From the NCBI GenBank assembly GCA_963760795.1, contig CAVXEP010000032.1, positions 192,001 through 256,000 of the forward strand: a stretch of 64,000 nucleotides of DNA, read 5' to 3'. Of the stretch, positions 10,321 through 22,723 are shown piece by piece. The notes under the pieces are model-generated. The model saw only the letters and a list, made by a program, of their open reading frames with translations. It did not search any database and was not told where the DNA came from. Each line of letters starts with the position of its first letter. The stretch's first letter is position 1. This stretch comes from an uncultured delta proteobacterium (GTDB lineage Bacteria; Desulfobacterota; Binatia; UBA9968). Position numbers and translations under genes: made by a program.

Positions 10321-11118
10321 GTGAAAGCCGCATCATCAACGGAGCAGGCTACTAACCAGATTGGCTGGCGTTTGACTGGCATAGGGTTGGTGATCATTTG
10401 GTTGTTGCTGTGGGAATGGAGCGTGCGTTTTGGTCTGACGCAAAGTTTTTTTTCTCCTCCGACTACTATCCTGGCGCTCCTTTATCAATCGCTGTTCGTC
10501 AGTGGCGATCTAAGGCCGCATCTGTGGGCTACAGTAATGCGGCTGGTCGGCGGATTTATCATCGGAGCCGTGCCGGCGCTATGGCTTGGCTTCGTTATGG
10601 GCAGAAATAGACGGGCTTGGCTCCGCTATGGGCCATTTTTCGCGGCGCTGGGGCTCGTCCCGATGCTTTTTGCGTTACCCTGGTTCATCATCATGTTTGG
10701 AGTGCGAGAGCCCGGCAAATGGGCCATCGTCAGCGCCGCTGTCTTCTACCCTGTTCTGTACTGCACAACCACAGGTGTTCGGATTTCTCAGGCTTTCCAG
10801 CATGACGGCAGTTCTCTTGGTGTTTGGGTGAAGCCGAGCGACTGGCGCTATAAGGCCGTTCCGTGGATTTTCACGGGACTTAAGCTAGGCAGTATTGTCG
10901 GCATCGCGACCCTTTTTGGCGCGGAGATGTACGCCTCGACAACTGGACTCGGGTTCGAGGTCGTTGTGGCTGCAGCGACATTTCAAATGGCACGCGTTTA
11001 CACCGCCATTTTCGCTGCTGCCTTAGTAGTGTACGCAATCTGGCTGAGTCTCAGCGCAATAGAATTCGCTTTGAGTCGGAGGATTTCGGTTGGTCTGGAC
11101 AAACCATCAACCGTTTGA
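10321..11118 (+). CDS. ABC transporter permease (NitT/TauT/SsuC family), orphan
   Basis: LLLWEW..FFSPPTTI, six TM segments, PWIFTGLKLG..GAEMYASTTGLGF. Confidence 0.8.
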   Translation: MKAASSTEQATNQIGWRLTGIGLVIIWLLLWEWSVRFGLTQSFFSPPTTILALLYQSLFVSGDLRPHLWATVMRLVGGFIIGAVPALWLGFVMGRNRRAWLRYGPFFAALGLVPMLFALPWFIIMFGVREPGKWAIVSAAVFYPVLYCTTTGVRISQAFQHDGSSLGVWVKPSDWRYKAVPWIFTGLKLGSIVGIATLFGAEMYASTTGLGFEVVVAAATFQMARVYTAIFAAALVVYAIWLSLSAIEFALSRRISVGLDKPSTV

Positions 11119-12433
11119 TTGAGAAGCGCTGGGCCCCTTCCAAAGCTGGCCGAGAGCGCTGCGTTTCAACAGATACGTGTAAATGCTCGTCGTGCTCACG
11201 TCCTTATGCGCCGTAAGTCAATACGAATGCCTGGCGCTAATTACTCGCATCCCCCCTTTTTCCCTCAGGCGCGCTCAGACGAGAATGAGATTGAGCACGG
11301 TGATACCCAACAAGGCAGGCGTACCCAGTACCACATGGAGAAACGGATTTGATGTGTGCAGTGTGACAAAGGTGGAACGATAAGCTGTCAAAAACGATAC
11401 GAGTTGATTTGTCACAATCCACCAGAAAAGTGTCATGCCAATCAGTCGTTGCCAATGCCAGATAAGCCAACCGTTGAGCGGAACAAGCAAAATAACAACG
11501 ACAGTCAAGACCCCAGCCAAGGATATCGATACATGATATGGGGGCGAGTGGCTATTGTTTGGGTCGGATCAGCTATATATCCCGTAATTTCATGACATCC
11601 ACGAAAACACAATGAAGCCACGCTTGCGGTAATGACAAATCGTAAAATTTCACTCATCCGGGATCATCTATCGCATGCACAGTCTCTTAAGCAGGCATCG
11701 CTAAAACTCAGTGGGAGTCCATGTGGACGGACGGGCGCGTGGATGTCTGGCGTAGCGGAGCGATGTCTCTCGAAGTGAAAGCGTCAAAGAACAGCGTCGA
11801 AGAGAAACGAAGAGAGGCGTCGCGAAGCGCAGGAGTCATCCGCGCATGGGCGGGTAGGAGATCTATAAATAGCTGTGGCGCTAAAGTGGAGCGGAGCGAG
11901 GTCCGCGAGTGGAGAGTAGCGCAAGTGCGACGGCTCACCGCCGTTGATCGGGATTCTCGGCGCGAGCGTTCCGAGGGCGCGCAGTGTCGTTCGGAATACG
12001 CCATAGACTCTGAAGAGCGGGCCTCCGAGCGATGCGCCCTGGATTCGGCCCGCGGCGCCCGCACGGTTCATAGCGGTGGGGGGTGTTGGTGCCGGTTGTG
12101 GCGTGGCGGTCACGAGCGAGCGCTCGGCGCGGCCTTAGCGAGCGGTCCTATGGGGTGGGAGAACTAGCGACGCGGGTTGTTGGGTGTCCGGTAAGGGTGG
12201 CGATGGCAAAGAGCCCTCGTCTCGCCCTTGAGCGTCTCCAGTGTAATCACTCCGCAACCTAATTCGCCCGAAGGGCAAGGGGAAAGAGTGGGAGGCTAGA
12301 GGTCTGGAGAGCGCCGGGCGAGAAGGGGGCGGCGGCGTGACGGGCTCAACGGCGGGGCGGGTGTTGGGTTGGGTGGTTGGGCATGGTGCTTAATTTTAAT
12401 TTTGGCAAGCTAGTCGGTTGTTATAAAATTTAA

Positions 12434-13135
12434 TTACGGTATTGCGCGAACAATGGTGCCCTTTTCATCCCAGAGTCTCAGAGTAGGACCGAAAGAGAAT
12501 AGCCCAAGCCCTATTCTTGAGTTTCCCTTGGTATCCTTCATCAGCAATACCGGGCCGGTTTTTGACTCACCAAGTGCCAACTGGGGATTTTCATTTCTAT
12601 CGAGCAATGTAAGCGCCACTAACCCATCGTCCCCAATAAACATACTCGCACGCTTTCTCTCTGCTGTGTCGGAAAGTAGGATGCCGGCGGAGGCGGACTT
12701 GCTATCAACGACCAAACCAACCCGCCTTTTTTCATGCTCATCGAAAAGCGCTAGTTCCGGGCGGTCATCGTCTTTTACAAACAAGATAAATCGACGCCGT
12801 CCATCTTTGCCGCGAAGGTCTAACGATGGGGAACCGTCAGGCTCAACACCGAGTGTCATCCGCGTCTTTCCATCTCTATCGTTGATTCCCATTATCAGTG
12901 CTCCAGTTGAACCAATGCCCCACGACGCCCGAGGCATCCCGTTTGCGTCTCGTACTGTAAATCGCTCAGCGTCTATGACCTTCGGAATATTTGTTAGTGC
13001 TGATTGCCCCATTATAGTTAGTGCAACGATCAAGAGCATCGTGCCGCCCCACAGTTTCTTGAGTGTCAGGTTCTGGCGTTCAACGCGGTCAAGTCTTCGC
13101 ACGAGGTATTGCAAATCGGCTGGTTCGCGATCCAT
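12434..13135 (-). CDS. Membrane-anchored protein with ~22-aa beta-hairpin repeats
   Basis: Coiled-coil plus TM N-terminus, then repeats of L.L.D..GK.R..L.V..DG.P. Confidence 0.7.
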   Translation of the reverse strand: MDREPADLQYLVRRLDRVERQNLTLKKLWGGTMLLIVALTIMGQSALTNIPKVIDAERFTVRDANGMPRASWGIGSTGALIMGINDRDGKTRMTLGVEPDGSPSLDLRGKDGRRRFILFVKDDDRPELALFDEHEKRRVGLVVDSKSASAGILLSDTAERKRASMFIGDDGLVALTLLDRNENPQLALGESKTGPVLLMKDTKGNSRIGLGLFSFGPTLRLWDEKGTIVRAIP

Positions 13136-13364
13136 AGCTATTGCCCTCTTTTAGCGTTAATTTTTGCCGGCCAAGACTGCCGGCATCCTGTCACCACGAG
13201 ACAACTAGCGTCAAGAGATTTACTATTGGCTTCATTATTCAATTCCGTTACCGTGACGAGGCTTATTTTGGGGCCTAGCCTGATCAGCGAAAAGCCGGAG
13301 GTCTGCTGCCCGGCCTGGCACCGTCTCTCAGAAATAGCATAAGCAACCGTTAGGAGGCGATAGG

Positions 13365-14579
13365 ATGGGATTTCAAGAACTACTAGACCCGCACGGTAAC
13401 AAGCGAAAACGATTCGATAAGCTCATAGACCTTGTCGCTAAGGTTCCGCGACCAAAGACGGATTATCGGTTTCTAAGTCACGTTGATTTTCTTGGGCTCG
13501 ACTTTCTTCGCCGACTTCCTGAGATTCAAACGTCTTATATGCTCTTGCTCAGGAGTTTTGCAGCGATTTATTCCATGAAGTTTGTCAGGAAGGATTCGAC
13601 GGTAAGGTTCTTGCCAGAGCCAATAGCAACGAAAGGCGAACTTTCACTTGAAGAGATAGGGAATTGGAGTCGTCGTGTTGGAACGAAAGAACTGTATGAA
13701 ATTTTTTGCAGTTATCCCCATCGAGGACTGATTTCGTTATTCGCAGACCTGAAACTCGAAGAACCTTTTTTTCACGAGGAATTTGCGGTTAGGGTCACAA
13801 ATAAGCCGTTCACCGCGGAGATGATTTTGTCGGACTGGGGCGGTTTGGATCGTGTGAAAGAGGTCGAAAAGCTCTTGCGGGTAAACAATAACAAAAGCTT
13901 TCGACCCGAGAAGCAGTCAGACGATGACATTAAGCAGTCAGCTTGGGTGAAAGCTCTTAGCCTTTGGCATCAACCAGGGGTTGAATTGTGGCGATTGGGA
14001 AACGTCAATGACGAAGTGTTAACGCCGTTGCCCGAGTTCCCCGGCGCACCTTACATCAAAATGTTACCTTCCGAGAAAGAATTTTGGGAAGGCCCGATGG
14101 CTAGGGCTTGGCGCGACGGCAAGTTGGCCTTTTTGCGCGAGAGCGTTCCAATGCTAGCCGGTGAAAAAGAAAACATACCGGAAAAGGTTCGACAGGATCA
14201 GCGCAATGAATGGAAAAAGCTAGCGAGGCACGAAAAAATTTTAAAAGGTCAAGATGTCTTCCCCGTGGATGGTCCCGAAGCATGGCGAGCGAATTGGGAT
14301 TATTCAGATTCCGCAATAAACCATAGGCAAGCCGACATCCGTGACACTATCCACCCCGATCCTAAAGATAAAACTAACCAACGGCCTGACGTATCGAGCC
14401 AGCTCTTTAAGCTTTTACAATTCGCAAAAAAAAGATGGGGTAGTAACGCTGCAAAGGCATTTAAGGCAATGGCAGAGGGCGCGACCGAGAAAGACGCCGC
14501 GCTACGCTACAACATCCCATATCAGTCTATGCGTCGATACGTGTCTAAGCTAAAGAAAGAATTTTCGCAAAAATCCTAG
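13365..14579 (+). CDS. Hypothetical protein with C-terminal HTH
   Basis: 404-aa ORF with AGGAGG RBS; C-terminus AEGATEKDAALRYNIPYQSMRRYVSKLKK. Confidence 0.7.
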   Translation: MGFQELLDPHGNKRKRFDKLIDLVAKVPRPKTDYRFLSHVDFLGLDFLRRLPEIQTSYMLLLRSFAAIYSMKFVRKDSTVRFLPEPIATKGELSLEEIGNWSRRVGTKELYEIFCSYPHRGLISLFADLKLEEPFFHEEFAVRVTNKPFTAEMILSDWGGLDRVKEVEKLLRVNNNKSFRPEKQSDDDIKQSAWVKALSLWHQPGVELWRLGNVNDEVLTPLPEFPGAPYIKMLPSEKEFWEGPMARAWRDGKLAFLRESVPMLAGEKENIPEKVRQDQRNEWKKLARHEKILKGQDVFPVDGPEAWRANWDYSDSAINHRQADIRDTIHPDPKDKTNQRPDVSSQLFKLLQFAKKRWGSNAAKAFKAMAEGATEKDAALRYNIPYQSMRRYVSKLKKEFSQKS

Positions 14580-14633
14580 TCCCCCTGCTACAAATTCCAC
14601 CCTCGTCCCCCCTTGTCTATATAAGGGGGCACA

Positions 14634-14831
14634 ATGATTATTGTTCACATCAACCCGGCTGGCATCGAAAAAGTCTACTTTCATGCGGATTCCGATCTTG
14701 TCGAGGATTTATGTCTCGCCGTTTGGCCGCTGGTCCGTAGCGATCTCGACCGACTTCACAGAAAACTTAGAAAAACTGCCAAGCAAACTTTGGAGCGAGT
14801 CGAAGCCGGTGAGTCGAGGGCTAAGCCGTGA
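14634..14831 (+). CDS. Hypothetical protein (phage early region)
   Basis: RBS AAGGGGG; stop overlaps the next start (GTGA). Confidence 0.55.
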   Translation: MIIVHINPAGIEKVYFHADSDLVEDLCLAVWPLVRSDLDRLHRKLRKTAKQTLERVEAGESRAKP

Positions 14832-15529
14832 GCATCAAGATCATGTCCCGCGTCTGGGCTCACTCACAGCAAAAGGGCGGTGAGCTTCTGGTCATGCTCG
14901 CGCTGGCTGACTTTGCCAACGACACTGGAGAATGCTGGCCGTCGATTCCGGTGCTGGCTCAAAAGTCTAGGCTATCAGAACGGCAGACCAGGCGCGTTCT
15001 AAATACACTCCAAGCAGGCGGTGAACTGCGGCCACGACGGAGCAATGGAGGACGGAATCGGCGTAACCATTACTACGTAACGGTCACTGAAAACACTGAT
15101 AAAATAACCCTGACAGAATTACCCTGTAAAAATAACACTGTCACCGGTGACCGAGAAACCCTGACGCCCATGTCAGGGGCATTAAACCATCATAGAACCA
15201 TCAGTAAGAGGGCGAAGAGTTCTTCGCTCTCTAGAGACCGTGATCCAAGGGTAAAAGAGTTTCTGGCGGCGTGGGCGATCGCCTACCGCGAGCGTGCCGG
15301 GCAGCCGTACCATGTCGCCGGTGGCAAGGACGGAGCGCTGGTTAAAGGACTGCTTAATACCTTTGAGTTACCGCGTCTCACGGACCTATTGACGACCTTC
15401 TTCAATACGGCGGACCCGTGGATCCAACAAAAGAGCGGTTATACCATCGGTGTCTTTGCCAGCCAGATCAACAAACTTAACTCGATCGGGCAAGATCACA
15501 GCCCGACGCGTCGGGAGATGCCAGCATGA
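14828..15529 (+). CDS. Phage replication initiator (HTH, lambda O-like)
   Basis: MSIKIMSRVW..LLVMLALADFANDTGECWPSIPVLAQKSRLSERQTRR; translationally coupled to dnaB; contains internal iterons. Confidence 0.8.
   Translation: MSIKIMSRVWAHSQQKGGELLVMLALADFANDTGECWPSIPVLAQKSRLSERQTRRVLNTLQAGGELRPRRSNGGRNRRNHYYVTVTENTDKITLTELPCKNNTVTGDRETLTPMSGALNHHRTISKRAKSSSLSRDRDPRVKEFLAAWAIAYRERAGQPYHVAGGKDGALVKGLLNTFELPRLTDLLTTFFNTADPWIQQKSGYTIGVFASQINKLNSIGQDHSPTRREMPA
15092..15179. repeat. Iteron-like repeats (putative origin) inside the initiator gene
   Basis: AACACTGAT 15092, AACCCTGAC 15106, TACCCTGTA 15120, AACACTGTC 15134 (14-bp period), AACCCTGAC 15157, inverted GTCAGGGG 15172. Confidence 0.6.
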
Positions 15530-16824
15530 ACACGTCAGGCGTAATGCCACAGAATCGCGAAGCCGAGGCCGCGGTAATCGGCGCCATCATCACGACGGGA
15601 GCCGAGTTAGTCCCCGACATCGCCGCGATTCTATCGCCGAGTGATTTTTATTATCCGTCAAATCAGCACACCTTCGCGGCAATCCTGAATTTGCAGGACC
15701 AGGGCCAGCCTATCGATTTGATCACCGTTAGCGAAAGTCTGCGCGGGCAGGATATTTTCGCCGCGGATCTTGCTGGCATGGCCGACAGCGCCTTACCGTT
15801 CAATGCCGTTACTCATGCGCAAATCGTCAAAGAGGCATCGCAAAGCCGCCAGCTGTTAACTGCTTTGCGGAAGGCCGAAGCTGCGATCTACGAGGGCGAT
15901 ACTGACTCGGCGACCATCGCCGGTGGTTTGGGTTCGTGTTTGATCGAGCTGCAAAGCGGGCGGGTCGAAGGGTTCACTCATGTCGAAGGCGTCATGATCG
16001 AAGTGCTAAAGGAAATCGAATCCGCCCACGCTGGTAAAAACCCGGTGGTCGGTGTGCCGACCGGGTTGTCGAGCATCGATAGCAAGTTTGGCGGGATAGG
16101 CCGAGGAGACTTGATTCTTATTGCCGGCCGGCTGGGCATGGGCAAAACAGCACTCGCTGAAACTATCGGAACCGGCGCAGCGTCGCGGGGCTACGGTGTG
16201 GCGTTCGTGACGGCGGAAACGCCGAAACCGAAGATTGTTCAGCGCATGCTGTCGGCAGCAACCGGCATTGAAAATAGGAACCTTCGCCGCGGTATCATTG
16301 AAGATCGGGAGTTCGGACGGATAGTTGAGAAAGCCGGACGGATTGGAGCGTTGCCGTTTTGGCTGCTCGATCGGGATCGTAATTGGGATCGGATCAAGGC
16401 CAAGATTCGTTCACTGAAACTCCAAGAGCGAAGTTTGCAATTGGTGATTGTAGATTATGTCGGGCTGCTCTCTGCACCGGTGCCGGGTAAAGAACGATAT
16501 TTAGAAGTCGGTAGAATTTCCGCCGAAGCCAAGACTCTGGCGATCGAACTCAACGTCGGGTTTGTCCTCTGTGCACAACTCAATCGCGAGGTCGAGAATC
16601 GCACCGACAAGCGGCCAAAATTAAGCGACCTGCGGGAGTCGGGAAATCTTGAGCAGGACGCTGACAGCGTTTGGCTACTGTTTCGAGAAGGTTACTATCA
16701 CGACGCGGCCAAAGCGGAAGGTTTCGCCGAGTTGGACATTGCTAAGTTCCGTGATGGTGCGACCGGCATCATCAGACTTCGCTTCGATGAAAAAACGGTT
16801 TCGTTTCACGATATTGAGTCATAA
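15526..16824 (+). CDS. dnaB: Phage-type replicative helicase DnaB
   Basis: PQNREAEAAVIG, AGRLGMGKT (Walker A), IVDYVGLL, QLNREVENRTDKRPKLSDLRESGNLEQDAD, IAKFRDGATG. Confidence 0.92.
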   Translation: MNTSGVMPQNREAEAAVIGAIITTGAELVPDIAAILSPSDFYYPSNQHTFAAILNLQDQGQPIDLITVSESLRGQDIFAADLAGMADSALPFNAVTHAQIVKEASQSRQLLTALRKAEAAIYEGDTDSATIAGGLGSCLIELQSGRVEGFTHVEGVMIEVLKEIESAHAGKNPVVGVPTGLSSIDSKFGGIGRGDLILIAGRLGMGKTALAETIGTGAASRGYGVAFVTAETPKPKIVQRMLSAATGIENRNLRRGIIEDREFGRIVEKAGRIGALPFWLLDRDRNWDRIKAKIRSLKLQERSLQLVIVDYVGLLSAPVPGKERYLEVGRISAEAKTLAIELNVGFVLCAQLNREVENRTDKRPKLSDLRESGNLEQDADSVWLLFREGYYHDAAKAEGFAELDIAKFRDGATGIIRLRFDEKTVSFHDIES

Positions 16825-16987
16825 CGCAGCGATCGAGATTGAGCCAATTCGATGTTAACCCAAGGATTGCGAATCCCCTGTACCAAACGAGAAGTAAGTT
16901 AACTGTCAATCAATTGCGCTGAGGATTGACAGTCCTCGGCGGGCTCTGCTACCACTTGGAAAAGTTTTGTTTGAAGCGGGAGAAAAA

Positions 16988-17467
16988 ATGGCCATCGAAG
17001 CTCAAGAACTGCGCCGCGTCATGGGACACTTCGCCACCGGTGTTACCGTGATCACGGCCACGGACAAGGACGGTGCGCCGCAGGGTTTGACCGCCAATGC
17101 TTTTATGTCGCTGTCGCTCAATCCGCCGCTGGTGATGATCAGTGTCGATAAGGGCGCGACTTGCTACGCCTGCTTCGTGCCGGGCAAGGGTTTTAACGTG
17201 AATTTTTTGAGTGAAGATCAGGAAGATGTCTCGCGTCGCTTTGCGACCAAAGGGATCGACAAATTTGCCGATTTGAACTGGCACGCCGGCAGCAACGGTG
17301 TTGCTCTCATCACCGGCGCCTTGGGTCAGGTGGAGTGTCGAATCACCGCCTGCCACGACGGCGGCGATCATACCATCGTCGTCGGTGAGATCCTCAACGT
17401 CGCGGCTGACGGCGAGCGGCCGCTGTTATTTTTCAAAGGCAAGTATCAGAAGTTGCCGGCGGCGTAA
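16988..17467 (+). CDS. Flavin reductase family protein
   Basis: LRRVMGHFATGVTVIT, SLSLNPPLV, GGDHTIVVG. Confidence 0.93.
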   Translation: MAIEAQELRRVMGHFATGVTVITATDKDGAPQGLTANAFMSLSLNPPLVMISVDKGATCYACFVPGKGFNVNFLSEDQEDVSRRFATKGIDKFADLNWHAGSNGVALITGALGQVECRITACHDGGDHTIVVGEILNVAADGERPLLFFKGKYQKLPAA

Positions 17468-17468
17468 T

Positions 17469-17497
17469 AAAAAAGGGGCGACCAACCAGTCGCCCCT
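17469..17497. terminator. Terminator hairpin between convergent genes
   Basis: A-run followed by AGGGGCGAC-caacca-GTCGCCCCT. Confidence 0.65.
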
Positions 17498-17518
17498 ACA
17501 TCGGATTAATCGCTACGA

Positions 17519-18490
17519 TTACGCGCCCAATGCCAGCGCGTTGATGCATGGCACACCGCTAACCAACGTGCGAGTCTTGCCAGTGGAATCGACGTTGACG
17601 ACTTCCCCGTCAGCGGTAGCGATGAGGACGCCGTTGCCGTCCGCGTTCGGACACATTTCCATGACACCGCCGCTCATCCGGTCGGTTAGAAATTCCCAGT
17701 TGGCGCCGTCTTGGGATTTGAAGATCGCCGTCTTGGCGCGGCCGGCGCGTGTCCATGTGCGCGGGCGGTCTTGGGTGATGCCGAGATAGATATTGCCGTT
17801 GTCGTCTTCGGCGAGCGCATTGCCGTATGTCCGGCCGCCGGCGGGGGTGACGGGTTGCCAGTTGTTGCCGCGATCGGTGCTGCGCGCGACCCCTTCGCCG
17901 CAAGCTGCTACCAATAGGCCTGGCTTGTTGCTTGCCGATAAAATCTGGTGCAGGTCGTGATCAGTTAGACCGTCGTTGCGTTTGACCCAGGTCTCGCCGT
18001 CGTCGTCGCTGACCAAAATGCCACCGACTTCGATGCCGGCATAGAGCCGGTTACCGGGAGCTTTCTCCGTGGTTAGCACGCGCGTGCGCGGCGCCAAATC
18101 AGGATTGGGCGGAAACGTGCCGCCAAAAGCGCCTTGGCGAATGCCTTTTACTTCCTGCCAGCCGCTGTTGTTGTTGCGCATGTAAAGCGCCGCGGGGCGA
18201 GTGCCGACCAGGACTTTCCCGGGTAAGGCGAGCATCGCCGACATTTCCAAAATCGGCACGTTAGGTTCGGCGCGCTGCCAGTCGTTGCCGCCGTCTTTGC
18301 TGACGAACATGCCGGAATGCTCCGTGCCGGCGTAGACATGCTTGGGGTCGTCGGGATCCACTTGAATACAACTCATTTGCCAGAAAGTCAGTGCGCGGTC
18401 CGTTTGCTCCCAGTTCTCGCCGCGCCGTTCATAGCGATACCAGCCAGAGTGGGTCGCGAGATGCAAAGCATTTTTTTCGTTAGCAGCCAT
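17519..18490 (-). CDS. BNR/Asp-box beta-propeller protein
   Basis: Repeated S.DGG..W boxes (SKDGGNDW, SDDDGETW, STDRGNNW, SQDGANW). Confidence 0.85.
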   Translation of the reverse strand: MAANEKNALHLATHSGWYRYERRGENWEQTDRALTFWQMSCIQVDPDDPKHVYAGTEHSGMFVSKDGGNDWQRAEPNVPILEMSAMLALPGKVLVGTRPAALYMRNNNSGWQEVKGIRQGAFGGTFPPNPDLAPRTRVLTTEKAPGNRLYAGIEVGGILVSDDDGETWVKRNDGLTDHDLHQILSASNKPGLLVAACGEGVARSTDRGNNWQPVTPAGGRTYGNALAEDDNGNIYLGITQDRPRTWTRAGRAKTAIFKSQDGANWEFLTDRMSGGVMEMCPNADGNGVLIATADGEVVNVDSTGKTRTLVSGVPCINALALGA

Positions 18491-18573
18491 AGAATCCTCC
18501 AAATAATTTGCTTGAGGTAATGATCGACAGCGAGCATACGCCCGCAGGGGATTTTGCGTCAAGTCAAATGCGG

Positions 18574-19380
18574 CTAACTCTGCTCCCATAGATCCTCAAA
18601 TTGTTTTACCGATCCGGGCGAGAAGCCGGCGTAATGATTGTTGAAAAATGCGTAGGTTTTGACCCCCTTGTCGGTGATCTTCTTGAGTTCGTTAGCCCAC
18701 ACTTTCATTTCCGGAGTTTTATCTTCGATCAATTTGTCCCAGCGCCTGGTTTTCGCCTCGATGGCTTTGCGGTCGCCCACGAAACGGACATAGGCGAAGT
18801 CGCTGGTGACCAAATCGAGCGCCTTGGCCAAGGTATCGATGCTCGGCATCCAGGCCTCGGCGACCAAGGCGTAGGCCACCTGGTGCTCGCGCAGCATTTC
18901 GAGGAAATCCCAGCTGATCCAGTTTTTATTGCGAATCTCCAGGGCGAACTTGAACTCTTTCGGCAAACTTTGCAGGAACGGCTTGAGCAGTCTGTCGAAG
19001 GGCTGGCGCGACGGAAAAGCGTTGCGATTGAAATAGGGGAACTGCAACAGCAGCGGCCCCAGGCGGTCGCCCAAAAGGGAAATGTTGTTGAGAAAGCTGG
19101 TGAACTCGGCCTGGCAGTCTTTCAATACCTTCTCGTGGGTAATCGCGCCGGGGATCTTCGCGGTAAAGATAAATCCCGGCGGCGTTTTCTCGCGCCAGTT
19201 CGCCACCACATGGGCCGGCGGGATGCTGTAGTAGGTGGAGTCGATCTCCACCGCGGGAAATTTGCGCGCGTAGGCCTCGATGAACTGTCCGGGTTTTAAG
19301 TTCGCCGGATAGAATGAGCCCAACCAGTCGCTGCTCGACCAGCTGGAAGTACCGACGAGTAGATTAGCGGGAAATGGCAT
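18574..19380 (-). CDS. DUF72 (YecE-like) protein
   Basis: GTSSWS, VEIDSTYY, LGPLLLQFP, ALEIRN, FFNNHYAG. Confidence 0.9.
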   Translation of the reverse strand: MPFPANLLVGTSSWSSSDWLGSFYPANLKPGQFIEAYARKFPAVEIDSTYYSIPPAHVVANWREKTPPGFIFTAKIPGAITHEKVLKDCQAEFTSFLNNISLLGDRLGPLLLQFPYFNRNAFPSRQPFDRLLKPFLQSLPKEFKFALEIRNKNWISWDFLEMLREHQVAYALVAEAWMPSIDTLAKALDLVTSDFAYVRFVGDRKAIEAKTRRWDKLIEDKTPEMKVWANELKKITDKGVKTYAFFNNHYAGFSPGSVKQFEDLWEQS

Positions 19381-19560
19381 GGCTACTTTTCACCATATCG
19401 ACGGCGCCCGTTCAATAGTAGACGCGCGGTTTCAGCGCTCGGTAACGCTGTTGGGCAATCAAGACGAGATTTCTCGCTGGGCTCGAACATGTCCGTTTGC
19501 GAGTCGCTGTCGTACCGGCCCAGCAGACCAGTCATGCCTATGCCGAAGGGCGGCTTTTAG

Positions 19561-19589
19561 TTGACTTCCCGCTACCTTGCGTTTACTTT
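19561..19589 (+). promoter_or_regulatory. Probable sigma70 promoter of the merR-mutS-amiC-glnD-xerD run
   Basis: TTGACT, 17 bp spacer, TACTTT. Confidence 0.45.
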
Positions 19590-19642
19590 GATGAAAACAA
19601 AGTTGTTTCCATTTTTCGACCCTGACCATCTCGGATATCTAC

Positions 19643-20122
19643 TTGGATAACTACGATAGCAAGACCGCTAGCCGCATTGTTGGGGTCAGCTTGCGCCAGC
19701 TGCAATATTGGGACGAGCAGAATTTTCTCCGGCCGTCGATCAAGCTCGCCGGCGGGCGCGGCACCAAGCGGCTTTATTCATTTCACGATCTGGTTTGCTT
19801 GAAGGTGGTCAAGGATCTGGCGCGCTACGGTTTTAGCCTGAAAAAGATTCGCCGCTGCCTGCGGCCGTTGCAGGAACAAACCGATCCGTCGGCGCGGCTG
19901 CCGGAGTCGCTGCGCTATCTCACCGACGGCGAGGAACTATTCGTCTTGACCAGCGACCGGCAGAAAATTCGCCACGCCATGGAGCGCCAGTTCGTGCTTT
20001 CTCTGGGTATCGGCAGCTTGGTGCGCGAACTCGATGGCGCGGTCAAGCGCTTTGGCGGCATGGCGGGTAAGGCCAGTCGCGACACACGGCGGCTCGACGA
20101 GGCGCGGAGCGGCTCCGCCTGA
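19643..20122 (+). CDS. MerR-family transcriptional regulator
   Basis: IVGVSLRQLQYWDEQNFLRPS..GTKRLYSFHDL. Confidence 0.85.
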   Translation: MDNYDSKTASRIVGVSLRQLQYWDEQNFLRPSIKLAGGRGTKRLYSFHDLVCLKVVKDLARYGFSLKKIRRCLRPLQEQTDPSARLPESLRYLTDGEELFVLTSDRQKIRHAMERQFVLSLGIGSLVRELDGAVKRFGGMAGKASRDTRRLDEARSGSA

Positions 20123-20127
20123 TCGCC

Positions 20128-22701
<2,574 letters not shown>

Positions 22702-22723
22702 TGGGCCGAAATCATGAGTAATA

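Larger units (their letters stand above)
7950..16900. mobile_element. Degraded phage/satellite-derived island (xis, O-like initiator, DnaB, cargo; no integrase seen)
   Basis: Phage replication genes, an excisionase-like HTH and pseudogenes lie between housekeeping-type genes. Boundaries are approximate; no att repeat found. Confidence 0.65.

Noticed and set aside
11119-11595. Several short overlapping ORFs
   Set aside because: No motif or RBS; the hydrophobic minus-strand frame has upstream stops, so it is at most a decayed membrane gene.
12453-13154. 233-aa plus-strand ORF mirroring 12434-13135
   Set aside because: Ser/Pro-rich antisense shadow; the minus-strand product has the coherent TM and repeat structure.
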